Program-made: the position numbers and the translations under genes
Notes under the pieces: generated by a model
What the model saw: the letters and a program-made list of their open reading frames with translations, nothing else
Database searches by the model: none
Told to the model about the DNA's origin: nothing
In this document: one piece after another, positions 33,205 through 44,602 of the stretch
Layout: the number at the start of each line of letters is the position of its first letter
Numbering within the stretch: position 1 is the stretch's first letter
DNA from: an uncultured Clostridium sp.
GTDB lineage: Bacteria; Bacillota; Clostridia; TANB77; CAG-508
Length of the DNA stretch: 64,000 bases
NCBI GenBank assembly: GCA_947648495.1
Contig: CANSOA010000004.1
Span: 7,948-71,947, forward strand
Direction: 5' to 3'

Positions 33205-34917
33205 TTAATCATTTTTATTTATAATTTTTTTGATTTCTTCAAATCTCTTAATTTTCGCAGTCGTTGTCTTAATAAAATCTTCTGTCGTCAATATCATATG
33301 TTTCATATATTTATATTTCGGCATTTCTTTATTAATTTCCTTAATTTCATTCCAAACTGTTTTCTCAAATTCTTCATCAGATTGCCCTACATATTTTTCT
33401 CTTCTAATTTCTTCATCATATTGGATTTTTACGGAAACATCAACATCATCGTCTTTGGGAAGTCCAAATACCATGCATTCTTTTACAACCTCAATTCGAT
33501 TGACCAATTCTTCCAACTCTTCTGGAAAAACTTTTTTACCATTTTTCAAAACAATTACATTTTTCTTCCTGCCTGTTATAAAAATAAAGCCTTCTTCATC
33601 CATATAACCCAAATCTCCCGTATAAAACCATCCATCCTTCAATACTTCGGCTGTCGCTTCCTCGTTTTCGTAGTAGCCAAGCATCACATTTGGTCCTTTT
33701 ACACGAAGTTCGCCAATCCCATTTTCATCTTTGTCTACAATATCAACCGTTACATTTTTCATGGGAAATCCAACTGAACCATATTTGATATATTTATCAT
33801 TTTCCGCTGAAATAACTGGCGCAGTTTCTGTTAATCCATAACCTTGAATAACACGAATTCCTAATTCATTAAGTCCTTGTGCAACTGTTTTATCAAGTCC
33901 GGCTGCTCCACTGACGATTAATCGCATGTGTCCACCTAATTGGTCAATTATTGGCTTAAACAATTTTCTTCGGACATCAATTCCCAATTTTAATAGAAAA
34001 TTACTGACTTTTTTAGCTCTGCTAATTAATTTGGTTTTTCCTTGTTTTTCAATGGCTTTTTCGATTTTGCCATAAATGGCTTCAATAAGAAGCGGAACAC
34101 CAACAAATACCGAAACTTTATATTCATGAAAGTTCTCTGAAATATACCTTAGTCCATCTGGAAATGCAGTTGCCACACCACTTGAAAGCATCACCAATTG
34201 TCCCGTTGAGCCAAATGTGTGATGATATGGCAAAAATGCTAAATTGACATCGGTTGGCAAAAATGTTTCCACACATTTCATAGAATAAATATTTTCTACA
34301 ATGTTTCTTTGGGTTAACATCACGCCTTTGGAACTGGAAGTCGTGCCTGATGTAAACAACAAAATTCGCATTTCATCTGAAGCAATTTCTGTATTTTCGT
34401 AGGCTTGCACGTTTCCCTTTTGCCCAAGTGAAATGACTTCTTCTAATGTCATTGCGCCTTCGATTTTATCCATACAAATCAGTTGCTTTAAGGGAACTTC
34501 GTCTTCTTCTTTTAATTGATTAACAATGTCCCAATATTTTTCCTCAAAAATAATGCAATCTGCTTTGCTTTGGATTAAAGAATTGCGAATTTCAATGTCT
34601 GTCAAGCCTTTATCGAGTGGAATAGCGGTCATATCTCCTAGCAAAATTGAAACATAACTTAATGCCCATTCGTAGCGGTTTTTTCCGATAATGGCAATTC
34701 TTTTATCTTTCATGCCTAATTCAAATAAGCCTGTTCCCAAAGCTTTGACTTGCTCGCCAAAATCCTGATAGGTGATATTTTTATATTTTACTTCTTTTTC
34801 GTTTTTCTGTTTTAAAATAAATGCAATATTTTCTGGATATTTTTGAATTGAAGCATGGATTAACTCCTTTAGATTATTAAATTTAGGATAATCATAGAAA
34901 TATTCGGTACTTTTCAT
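33205..34917 (-). CDS. Long-chain fatty acid-CoA ligase (AMP-binding)
   Basis: FTSGTT..SKGVML, QGYGLTET, GWFYTGDLG. Confidence 0.9.
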   Translation of the reverse strand: MKSTEYFYDYPKFNNLKELIHASIQKYPENIAFILKQKNEKEVKYKNITYQDFGEQVKALGTGLFELGMKDKRIAIIGKNRYEWALSYVSILLGDMTAIPLDKGLTDIEIRNSLIQSKADCIIFEEKYWDIVNQLKEEDEVPLKQLICMDKIEGAMTLEEVISLGQKGNVQAYENTEIASDEMRILLFTSGTTSSSKGVMLTQRNIVENIYSMKCVETFLPTDVNLAFLPYHHTFGSTGQLVMLSSGVATAFPDGLRYISENFHEYKVSVFVGVPLLIEAIYGKIEKAIEKQGKTKLISRAKKVSNFLLKLGIDVRRKLFKPIIDQLGGHMRLIVSGAAGLDKTVAQGLNELGIRVIQGYGLTETAPVISAENDKYIKYGSVGFPMKNVTVDIVDKDENGIGELRVKGPNVMLGYYENEEATAEVLKDGWFYTGDLGYMDEEGFIFITGRKKNVIVLKNGKKVFPEELEELVNRIEVVKECMVFGLPKDDDVDVSVKIQYDEEIRREKYVGQSDEEFEKTVWNEIKEINKEMPKYKYMKHMILTTEDFIKTTTAKIKRFEEIKKIINKND

Positions 34918-35050
34918 ACATCTTCCTTTCTATTATCTAGTTTTCAAAACTATTATATCTTATATAAAATATAATGTCAATTCTTTTGTTGCAATTTTTA
35001 ATAATTTATGTTATTATATAAATATTATATTCGAAAGGAATGATTTTATC

Positions 35051-35623
35051 ATGGAAAAAATAAAACAAAATTTAGATATTTCTTCAAAAATCGCACATCA
35101 CTCCATTCCCAAATGGTCGGATTTACCAGAAATTGATTTATACATGGATCAAGTGATTGCTTTAATGGAAAAATATTTGATTGACAGTTCCTATCAAGAC
35201 GCAAAATTAATTACTCCTTCCATGATAAATAACTACGTAAAATTGGGTATTATGCCTGCACCAGTCAAGAAAAAATATTCACGTGAACATTTGGCTTACC
35301 TTGTTATCATATGCAGTTTAAAACAAGTGATGCCAATTCCAAATATTAAAGCTATGATTGATATTCGATTACAAAAAAATACTATTGCAGAAACACTAGA
35401 TTTTTATAGTAATTTGTACGATTTTACATTTCATACACTTTTAGAAACCTGTGATAATTACTTAAATTCTGAAGGCTCAAACATTTCAAGTTTAGAAGAC
35501 ACCTCGCTTTTTACAGCTATCGCAGCAACAAATTGTAGAAATATTTCAAATAAACTATTTTATTTGAACAATTCACAAAAACAAAAAAGTAAAAAACCAA
35601 AAAAGAAAAAAAAAGAGGATTAA
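35051..35623 (+). CDS. DUF1836 family protein
   Basis: W..LP.IDLYMDQV, T.SMINNYVK, KKKYSR.HLAYL. Confidence 0.85.
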   Translation: MEKIKQNLDISSKIAHHSIPKWSDLPEIDLYMDQVIALMEKYLIDSSYQDAKLITPSMINNYVKLGIMPAPVKKKYSREHLAYLVIICSLKQVMPIPNIKAMIDIRLQKNTIAETLDFYSNLYDFTFHTLLETCDNYLNSEGSNISSLEDTSLFTAIAATNCRNISNKLFYLNNSQKQKSKKPKKKKKED

Positions 35624-35802
35624 ATAATAGTGTGCATCAAATTTAAAATTGTCGATTTTCCAGAACCATTGTTGCCATACAAGACTGTAATAGGTTCAAA
35701 AACAAATACATCTGGCTCTTTGTTTTTTAACACGTTATAGGGATATATATTGGAATTTGATATTTTATCCTTTGCTAATTTGAAGGTTTTTAAATAAATC
35801 AT
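35620..35802 (-). pseudogene. Truncated AAA/ABC ATPase N-terminus
   Basis: YP..V, PITVLYGNNGSGKSTILN (Walker A), then stop at 60 aa with no continuation. Confidence 0.65.
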
Positions 35803-35978
35803 CGTCTCACTTTCCTTTTAAGAATTGGTCCCTTTATTTTAAAACATATGTTTGTTTTTGTCAAGCTTTTTTCAAAAAAATAGAGCATATTTTTAAAAAT
35901 ATCCCCTATCTTTTATTATATCATATTTATGTAAATTTGTCAATTGACAAACTCTAAAATTTGTGCTCTCACTTCATT

Positions 35979-37434
35979 TTACTCATTTTCCTTCAATCGC
36001 CAAACTGAAACACTTCCATCTCTACACCAAAATTCTCCATTTCCTTCTGCATCAACCGTCACAATTTCTTCACTTTTCTCCAAACAATTAAAAAACTGCT
36101 TTCCTGCAAAATCTATTCCCATATTCATTTTTATGCTTCCGCCTGTTGTGTCAGTCATAACAACTGCAATGCCAGAATTAGGATGCTCAAAATCTCCTTT
36201 TCTGACAAAACCGATTAAATTAGGATTTTCAAAATAATCAATTTGTTCACCATAACTATAGAACTTTCGTGTTTTTAAAATTTCATCTAACATCTCATTT
36301 TTAGCCGAAACTTGCTTTTCCTCAATCCCATAATAATCCCCATAAAATACACAAGGCATACCTTCTTTTCGCAAACAAATTAGGCTGTAGGCTTGTGGTT
36401 TGAACCAATCGGGTACCCATGAAGACAGAGCTTGACCGTTCTTGTGTGTCATGGTTATCCACAAATGTTACCGTTTTTTGTGGATTGGTTTGTACTAAAG
36501 TTCCATCAAAAATGGTTCTCATATCAAATTCGCCGTTGCTCGTTGCGGCTCGGTAGAAATTGTAGTGTAAGGGAACATCAAATAATTTCATACATCCTTG
36601 TGTTTTTTCTATGTATTGTTGGATTGTATCGATATTGGTGCTCCAGTATTCTCCAACTACAAATAATTGTTTATTGCTTTTTTGTTTTACTTCTTCTAGC
36701 CATTCTGGAAAAAACTCTGCTCGAATATGCTTTACAGCATCTAGTCGGAAACCGTCAGCACCAGTTGTTTCCAAATACCATTTTCCCCAATTTTGCAATT
36801 CAACGACAACATCATGATTATTTAAATCAATATCAGCTCCCATTAAATAGTCAAAATTTCCTTTTTCTTTGTCAACATTTTCATCCCAATGTTTTCCATA
36901 AAATTTATAAATAGAAGCTGTCGCTGTGTTGTCGTCCCAATCTACGCCATGAAAATGAGTCCAATTCCATTTAAAATTAGAATAGGTGTCTCCTCTTCCA
37001 GAAAAATTATATTTTGTCCAAGCTTTGATGGGTCTTGCTTCTGACAAACTAAGATTACGATTTTCAAAATCTTCTTGAATAGCTAATACTTCTTCTGTCT
37101 CGTCGGCTCCCATTTTGTGATTTAAAACAATATCTACAATTACATGGATATTTTTCTTTTTTAAAACATCAATCGCGTTGATATATTCGTCTTTGGTTCC
37201 ATATTTGGTTGGAATCGAGCCTTTTTGATTGAATTCTCCCAAATCGTATAAATCGTAAACGCCATATCCAACATCGTTTTGACCGCTTGCTCCTTTATAG
37301 GCTGGTGGAAGCCAGACATAATTAATCCCTAATTCTTTTAAATGGTCACTGTCATCCGATAAACGCTCCCAATGCTTGGAATCGCTTGGAAGATACCATT
37401 CAAAATATTGCATTATTGTATCTTGATTTTTCAT
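35979..37434 (-). CDS. GH13 alpha-amylase (about 484 aa), +1 frameshift at CGG codon 333
   Basis: QYFEW, DGFRLDAVKH, VGEYW, FVDNHDTQE|C|GQALSSW..WFKPQAY joins two ORFs. Confidence 0.9.
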
Positions 37435-38229
37435 TTTTTGTTCCTTTCTGTTTCTTGATTGTTTTTGAATGATGGGGAGGTTGTTTGGTTTTTTCTTTTT
37501 TGGGAATGATAGGCTATTTCTAAAGATAGACAGGCTGGTGCTAATTTGTTTCCTGCATAAATTATTTTCATCATTTTACCTGGAATGATGACTTTTTTGT
37601 TTTTGAACATTTGGTCAATGGCATATTGGGCAACGTACTGGCTGGATAGCCCTTTAAGACTAAATCGTACGTTTGCTACATTGTCAAAGTTGGTGTTCAC
37701 AGGTCCCGGACATAAAACACTTACTTGTACTTTTGAGCCTTCTTTTTTTAGCTCTTTTTGAATCGCTTTGGAAAGTGAAACAACATAATTTTTGGTTGCG
37801 TAATATGTCGCCATTAAAGGTCCAGATATAAATCCTGCAATGGAGGCTACATTTAGAATATAGCCACTGTTTTTGCGTTTCATATCTTGCAAATAGAGTT
37901 TACTTAAAATGTGAGTCGCCTTTATGTTGGTGTCAATCATGGATAGTTCTTTGTTTAAATCCGTTTTGTCAAATGTGCCAAAATCGCCAAATCCCGCATT
38001 GTTGATAAGAATATCAATGTCGTTATTGGTTTTAAAAAGTCGTGTACAATTTTCTGGATTGGAAAGATCCAAATTTTCAATTTTTACGTTTGTTTTTAAT
38101 TCATTTTTCAATTCTTCTAATAAATCTTTTCTTCTGGCAACAATGACTAAATCATAACCGACGTTTCGATAAATCGCGCGCTATATCTCTTCCAATTCCT
38201 GAGGACGCTCCTGTTATTAATGCTTTCAT
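37431..38229 (-). CDS. Short-chain dehydrogenase (about 265 aa), +1 frameshift at CGG codon 24
   Basis: MKALITGASSGIG..LSKR|C|GYDLVIVARR; NNAGFG, Y.ATK; ATG overlaps the mscS stop (ATGA). Confidence 0.9.
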
Positions 38230-39320
38230 AGATTTTCCTTTTGCCTTTCTTCGTGATTTTCTGTTTCCGTATTTTTGACATAAACTGTTTGTGTAGGATA
38301 TGCCAAATCGATATTTTCCCTTTCTACTAATTCTAATATGTTACAATAAATTTTTTCTTTTGCTGTTAAAAATTTTATGTAATCTTTTTCATTGATGTAA
38401 AGAAAAATTTTTATGTCTGAACTATAACTTGAAATTTGGTCAAGACTGACTTGCACTGTATCTGGCAAAACATTGGGATTATTTTTTAAAATCAGTTTGA
38501 TTTTTTCTACGACATTTTTTATTTTTTCGGAAGTGGTCTCCATGCTTAAATTTAGTACAAATTCAAGTCTTCTACTTTTTAGTTTGTTCCAGTTAACAAC
38601 GTATTCTGAAGTAATTGTTGAATTGGGAATCGTAATAATCGCATTATCGTTGGATTTGATGCGAATACTGCGAAATGTCATATCAATTACGGTTCCTTTG
38701 TAATTCCCAATTTCAATGAAATCTCCAATATCAAATGGTTTGTCTGTTAAAATTACGATTCCGCTTAGCAAACTTTTTACTGTGTCTTGTGCTGCCAGCG
38801 AAATGACAACTCCTCCAATTCCCAAAAGAGCAACTAAATCAGTTAAATCATAACCAATTTCTTTTATAATGATGAAACCTGAAATAATCCATACAATGGT
38901 CTTTATTACTTTACACATGAAGTTATTCACTGCATCATTTTTGGAGTGATTGATGTATTTTCTAAACCATTTGGAATCTTTTGCTATAAATGAATTAATG
39001 ATATTTGTGGTAAATAAGATACAAATAATCTGAAAAATCGTGTTTACATGCGCTAAAGTTTGCGGATTTAATTTAAACATTCTACAAGCCAAATATAAAC
39101 CTACAAAAATCCAGAAATTATTTAAAATTTTATAAACTTTGCTTTCTTTTACTTTTCCTTCATTTTTAGCTAGTTTAAACACTATCTTTAAAATAATTTG
39201 TGAAAATAGTTTTCTGAATATAAGAAAAACTAAAAATATAGCTAGTGCAATTTGAATATTAAAAATTTTTATCAAATCTCGCACATTGATTTGATTTAGA
39301 AAATTTCGTATATTTCCCAT
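38226..39320 (-). CDS. mscS: Small-conductance mechanosensitive channel family protein
   Basis: LAAQDT...L.G..IL.DKPF.IGD.I, IPNS. Confidence 0.9.
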   Translation of the reverse strand: MGNIRNFLNQINVRDLIKIFNIQIALAIFLVFLIFRKLFSQIILKIVFKLAKNEGKVKESKVYKILNNFWIFVGLYLACRMFKLNPQTLAHVNTIFQIICILFTTNIINSFIAKDSKWFRKYINHSKNDAVNNFMCKVIKTIVWIISGFIIIKEIGYDLTDLVALLGIGGVVISLAAQDTVKSLLSGIVILTDKPFDIGDFIEIGNYKGTVIDMTFRSIRIKSNDNAIITIPNSTITSEYVVNWNKLKSRRLEFVLNLSMETTSEKIKNVVEKIKLILKNNPNVLPDTVQVSLDQISSYSSDIKIFLYINEKDYIKFLTAKEKIYCNILELVERENIDLAYPTQTVYVKNTETENHEERQKENL

Positions 39321-39377
39321 TTACTCCTCCCTATTAGAAAATGGGTCGATTGCAAACTCGACCCGTTTCTTGATTTA

Positions 39378-40787
39378 TCAACCTTTATAAAATGCCTCAT
39401 ATGCTTTATAGGCTTGATATACGTCAAATTTACTTGTAATTTCATAAGGTGAATGCATTGACAAAACTGGCACACCACAATCAATTACACTCATACCACG
39501 ATTTGCTAAAACAACAGCAATGGTACCACCTCCGCCAATATCGACTTTGCCAAGTTCAGAAGATTGATACGAAATATTATTTTTCTCAAAAATATTTCTA
39601 ATTTCTGCCACAAATTCGGCTGGTGATTCAGAAGCACCAGATTTTCCTCTTGCTCCTGTATATTTTACGATAGTTGGCCCTTTTCCAATAAAACAGCTAT
39701 TTAGTTTGTCAAATGCTGATGGGAAGGTTGGGTCAAATGCACCATCTACGTCGGCTGAAATGACTTTTGAGTTGTGAAATACTTTTTCTAAGGCATTTGG
39801 CTTATTTTGATTGGTTTTATTCAAAAGTTCTGTAATAAAATATTCAAATGTTTTTGATTCCATACCTGTTACACCACAAAAACCAATTTCTTCTTTGTCA
39901 CTTAATACGCAAATCGCTGTATTTTTCGGTGTTCCAATATCTAAAATTCCACGTAGAGCTGCATAACAACATACTTTATCATCTTGTCCATAACCTGCAA
40001 TCATACTGCAATCCAAGCCTAAACTTTTAGCTTTAAAGGCTGGAACAAATTCGATTTCAGAACTTGTGAAATCAATTTCTTTAATTCCATATTTGTCATT
40101 TAATAATTTTAAAATGTTTAGTTTGATTTTTTCCCCTACTTTTTCATCAGCAAATGGAATACTTCCTGCAACAATGTTTAATTCTTCACCTTGCACGCCT
40201 TCCTTTAATTTCCTATCCATTTGTTGACTTGCCAAATGTGGCAATAAATCAGAAATTGTGAAAATTGGGTCATTTTCGTCTTCACCAATATTGACTTCCA
40301 TTTTTTCACCATTTGACTTAACAAATGTTGCATGCATACTAAGTGGGATATTGGTCCATTGATATTTTTTGATTCCTCCATAGTAATGTGTTTTAAATAA
40401 TCCTAAACCGCTGTCTTCATACAATGGATTTGGTTTTAAGTCAATTCTAGGCGAATCGCCATGTGCTGCCACCATGCGAATTCCATTTTCTAGTGCTTGT
40501 TCACCAATAATTCCTGCAAAAATGGCTCTATCTCGATTGGATAAAAAAACTTTATCCCCTACATGTAATTCTTGTTTTTCGTTTAAATCCACAAAACCAT
40601 TTTTCATTAAAATATCTTTTGAAGTTTTGACAATTTCTTTTTCCGTTTTCGATGAATTCAAATAATTCATATATTCTTCTGCAAATTTGAAAACAGCATT
40701 TTTCACCTCTTCTGACATAGTCTCCCAACCTGTTTTCTTATCATTAAATAACTCTTCTTTTAATTTTTGACCTTCTGTATTTTCCAT
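39378..40787 (-). CDS. M18 family aminopeptidase
   Basis: AHGDSPR, YGGIKKYQW, GQDD, DKEEIG, SMHSP.E. Confidence 0.9.
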   Translation of the reverse strand: MENTEGQKLKEELFNDKKTGWETMSEEVKNAVFKFAEEYMNYLNSSKTEKEIVKTSKDILMKNGFVDLNEKQELHVGDKVFLSNRDRAIFAGIIGEQALENGIRMVAAHGDSPRIDLKPNPLYEDSGLGLFKTHYYGGIKKYQWTNIPLSMHATFVKSNGEKMEVNIGEDENDPIFTISDLLPHLASQQMDRKLKEGVQGEELNIVAGSIPFADEKVGEKIKLNILKLLNDKYGIKEIDFTSSEIEFVPAFKAKSLGLDCSMIAGYGQDDKVCCYAALRGILDIGTPKNTAICVLSDKEEIGFCGVTGMESKTFEYFITELLNKTNQNKPNALEKVFHNSKVISADVDGAFDPTFPSAFDKLNSCFIGKGPTIVKYTGARGKSGASESPAEFVAEIRNIFEKNNISYQSSELGKVDIGGGGTIAVVLANRGMSVIDCGVPVLSMHSPYEITSKFDVYQAYKAYEAFYKG

Positions 40788-40839
40788 AAAACTTTCTCCT
40801 CTCTTTCTTTATTCTATTTATACCTCATTTTATCAAAAA

Positions 40840-42144
40840 TTATAATATCTCGTCAACAATTTTTTCTTTGCTAACAAATTCATTTACAATTTTGTACGCT
40901 GATTTCAAACATTCTACTTGTGTTTCCAAGCCCTCAAGGCAATTTGCATGAATATAGGCTAAACATTCTCCTTTTTGAACTTCGTCTCCTATCTTTTTGC
41001 ACAAAATCATTCCTACTCTTTTGTCTATTTCATCTTCTTTTCTCTTTCTTCCTGCACCTAAATCCACACTTATTTTTCCCACTTTTTCTGCATTTAGTTC
41101 CTTTATCCAACCACTTTTATCAGAAAGCACGGGAAGAATAATGGGAGCCTTTTCTAATTTATTTAAATCATACAAATATGAAGCATCTGCACCTTGTCTT
41201 TGTGCTAATTCTACCAATTTGTTGAACGCTTTTCCACTATGAATTACTTCCCATATTTCACTTTCCAATTGAGCATTGCTCTGGGTCCTTCCTGCTAATT
41301 TAAGCATTTGAATACACACAGCAAAAACTACTTCTTTTAAATCTTCTGCCATTTCCCCTTGTAATGCTTTTACAGCTTCTATCAATTCCAAAATATTTCC
41401 AACAGCGTGACCCAAAGGCTGTTCCATTTTAGAAATAATACAAGATATTTTTTTATCTTTTCCTTTCCAAATTTCTTTCATGGCTTTGGCAAGTCTTTTG
41501 GCTTGCAGTTTGTTTTTCATAAAAGCGCCAGAACCATAGGTTACATCTAATACAATTTTATTGGCTCCAGAAGCAATTTTTTTGCTCATAATGCTTGATG
41601 CAATCAGTGGTACGCTATTGACACAAGCTATGCTATCACGTAGGGTATAGATTTTTTTGTCCGCTGGCGCCAAATCTAAAGTTTGAGAAATCAAACTAAT
41701 CCCAATTTCTTTGACATTATTTTTAAATTCTTCAATAGAAAGATCGGTTCGATAGGCGGGAATCGATTGTAATTTGTCAACTGTTCCTCCTGTGATACCA
41801 AGTCCTCGTCCACTCATTTTCGCAACTGGGATTCCCATCGAAGCAATAATCGGAGAAATAATTAAGGTTACTTTATCTCCAACTCCGCCTGTACTATGTT
41901 TGTCAACAACGTTGTCTGCTATATCACTCAAATCTAACTTTTCGCCAGAATCTGCCATTGCCATTGTCATGGCTAAAATTTCGTCTTCATTCATGCCATT
42001 GATGCAAATCGCCATTAGTAAGGCAGAAGCTTGATAGTCTGGAATTTCACCTTTTGTGTATTCATCAATAAAATATTTTATTTCGCCTTTGGTAAGTTCT
42101 TTTCCTATTCTCTTTTTATTAATAATTTCAATTATATTCATCAT
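40840..42144 (-). CDS. pdp: Pyrimidine-nucleoside phosphorylase
   Basis: DKHSTGGVGDK, KMSGRGLG.TGGT.DKL, LRD, SSIMSKK. Confidence 0.92.
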   Translation of the reverse strand: MMNIIEIINKKRIGKELTKGEIKYFIDEYTKGEIPDYQASALLMAICINGMNEDEILAMTMAMADSGEKLDLSDIADNVVDKHSTGGVGDKVTLIISPIIASMGIPVAKMSGRGLGITGGTVDKLQSIPAYRTDLSIEEFKNNVKEIGISLISQTLDLAPADKKIYTLRDSIACVNSVPLIASSIMSKKIASGANKIVLDVTYGSGAFMKNKLQAKRLAKAMKEIWKGKDKKISCIISKMEQPLGHAVGNILELIEAVKALQGEMAEDLKEVVFAVCIQMLKLAGRTQSNAQLESEIWEVIHSGKAFNKLVELAQRQGADASYLYDLNKLEKAPIILPVLSDKSGWIKELNAEKVGKISVDLGAGRKRKEDEIDKRVGMILCKKIGDEVQKGECLAYIHANCLEGLETQVECLKSAYKIVNEFVSKEKIVDEIL

Positions 42145-42159
42145 TTTCTCCTTTGTATT

Positions 42160-43459
42160 TTATAGAATTTCTACCACACGAGAGGTTGGATTTATTCTTC
42201 TTTTGGTTATTTGAAAGGCGTGTTCTAAATTTTGCGTAGCACCTCGTACTTTGCTTTCGTCGTTTGTATGAATGTAGGCCAAAATATCTCCTGAATTTAC
42301 TGTATCACCTATTTTTTTATTTAAAACAATGCCTGCTGTTCGATCAATTTCTTCTTCGTGATTCATTCTGCCTGCACCTAAATATACAGCAATACTTCCG
42401 ACAATATCAGCATCAATTTTTTCAATGTAACCATCATCCGAACTGTAAACTGGTATGATAAATTTTGCCTTTTCAAATCTCTCCGTATTTTCTATATAAC
42501 TTGTATTTCCGCCGTTGTGTGGCTATCATTTGAATGAATTTTTCATAGGCTTTTCCATTTCGTAATACTTCTTTTATGATTTGTTCATTGTTTTTCAAGT
42601 TTTTACCTTTTCCTGCTAATGCTAAAACCATACTTCCAATCGTGACTACTACATCACCTAAGTCCAGTGGCACTGTACCTTTTAATGCATTGATTGCTTC
42701 AATCATTTCTAAGTTGTGACCAATGGCATACCCTAATGGTTCGTCCATATTGGTAATAATGCACATGACATCTTTGTCTAGTTTTTTGGCAATGGTTTTC
42801 AGAACTCTCGCTAATCTTCTGGCTTGCTCTTTTGTTTTGATATAAGTTCCATTTCCAAATGTTATTTCAAACACAATTTTTTTACTGCCAGTTGACAATT
42901 TAATACTCATTAGACTTGCTGCAATTATGGGAATACAATCTGTACACGCAATTTCATTTCTAAGCTTATAAATTTTATTTTCAGCTGGATTCAAATTCAT
43001 AGACTGATTTAAAATACTCACTCCGTATTCTTTGATATTTTGCTTAAATTCTTCAATGGAAATTTCCGTATTATAACCCGGTATGGATTCCAATTTATCA
43101 ATGGTTCCACCTGCAATTCCCATGCCTCTGCTTGAAATTTTAGCAATTGGAATTCCTAAAGCTGCTATAATTGGCATCAAAAGTAAGGTAACTTTATCCC
43201 CAACGCCTCCTGTGCTGTGTTTATCTACAACATCGCCGATTTCATCTAAATTAATTTTTTCGCCAGAATCTGCCATAGCTACTGCAAAAGCAATCATTTC
43301 ATTTTCGGTCATGCCGTCTTTATAAATATAACTAAGTAAACTACCCGCCTGTGCCTGCGTGATTTCTCCTTTGTGATATTTTCCTACAAATAACCTAATT
43401 TCATCTTCTGTTAATTCTTTTCGCTCTCTTTTTTTACATATAATGGTTTTGATATCCAT
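42160..43459 (-). CDS. pdp: Divergent pyrimidine-nucleoside phosphorylase paralog (about 432 aa), +1 frameshift at CGG codon 316
   Basis: DKHSTGGVGDK; MIATQ|C|GGNTSY..LGAGR..GIVLNKKIGD joins ORF 42160..42366. Confidence 0.85.
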
Positions 43460-43484
43460 AATTTCAATTCCCTTCTTTGGTATT

Positions 43485-44115
43485 TTAAACAAAATTCTTG
43501 ATAAATGATTTTCGATGCAATTGACATGGTCCATTTTCTTTGAGTTGTTTAATATGTTCTGCTGTTCCATATCCTTTATGCTTGGCAAAACCATACATTG
43601 GATAAACTTCGTCCCATTGTCTCATGATACGATCTCTTGTGACTTTTGCAACAATCGAAGCTGCCGCAATGCAATAATTTTTGGCATCTCCTTTTATAAC
43701 TGAAATATACGGAATTCCGCAAGTGTCAATATGATTCAACGCATCCACCATGATGACATTTGGTTTAGTTTTTAAATCTTCGATTGCCATTTTTAATGCT
43801 AATTTGGTTGCATTTAAAATATTAATTTCATCAATTTTATCTTGATGAACAATTCCGAACACTGTAAGCGATTGCTTCTTCTACGATTTGCTCATAAATT
43901 TTTTCACGCTTTTTTTCCGAGATTTTTTTAGAATCATTAACCCCTTCTATCAATGAATCTTTTGGCATTATGACTGCCCCTACAACAACTGGTCCTGCCA
44001 GAGGTCCTCTTCCTGCTTCATCTATCCCACAAATATAATTAATGTTTTCATTTGCATACAATTTATTTTCTTCTGATTTTAGTAAATTTAGTCTTTCGAT
44101 TTCTTTTTCTTTCAA
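43485..44115 (-). CDS. rnhB: Ribonuclease HII (about 209 aa), +1 frameshift at CGG codon 87
   Basis: GIDEAGRGPLAGPV, DSKK, IAYSV|C|GIV...IDEINILNAT, KGD, AASIVAKVTRD, HKGYGT. Confidence 0.93.
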
Positions 44116-44130
44116 CTTTTTCTCCTATTT

Positions 44131-44602
44131 TTAATCATTTTCTAATGTGTGTTTTAAGCCTGTTAGTGAATAATATGTTGTTTCTTTGTCTAATGATGCA
44201 CCTTTGGAATATACAATTTCAGCATGCTGATAATTCACTAAAAAATACTCATTCGATTTTAACATTTCTGGGTCTAATCCTTGTTCTTCCAAAGTACCGA
44301 GCATCCCATTTATACCAAGTCCAGTTATCAACATCTTCACCTAACATGTTTTTTTCTTTTTCTGATAAATCGGGTTTTATAGTACTTATGGTCCCAACTA
44401 AAGGTGTCTGGTTAAATTGATTTTGCTCATAAATTGTTTCAGCTTTGGCTTTTAGCATTGTCATATTGGAAATGATACGCCCTAGTCTAACTTCTTTTAC
44501 CACCAAGAATCCATTATTCACAGAAACTCCTGTTATAATAATCATAATCACAATCGTGATGACTAAAACTAATATCGTGATTCCTTTCTCATTTTTTAAC
44601 AT
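44131..44602 (-). CDS. Type IV pilin-like N-terminus protein (about 156 aa), probable +1 frameshift at CGG codon 102
   Basis: KNEKG-ITILVLVITIVIMII prepilin-like leader; WYKWDA|C|GTLEEQGL..YFLVNY....IVY joins two ORFs. Confidence 0.7.

Noticed and set aside
33163-33777. Long antisense ORFs (also 48179-48868, 36432-36914, 4812-5219, 59299-59718 and similar)
   Set aside because: They lie opposite well-supported genes and have shadow-like composition.
35620-35802. Truncated ATPase as another CGG shift
   Set aside because: It contains no CGG and has no downstream continuation; it runs into the convergent DUF1836 gene, so it looks like a deletion remnant.
42473-43594. N-terminal extension of the pdp paralog from 43594
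   Set aside because: It overlaps the rnhB 3' end; homology and RBS support ATG 43459.
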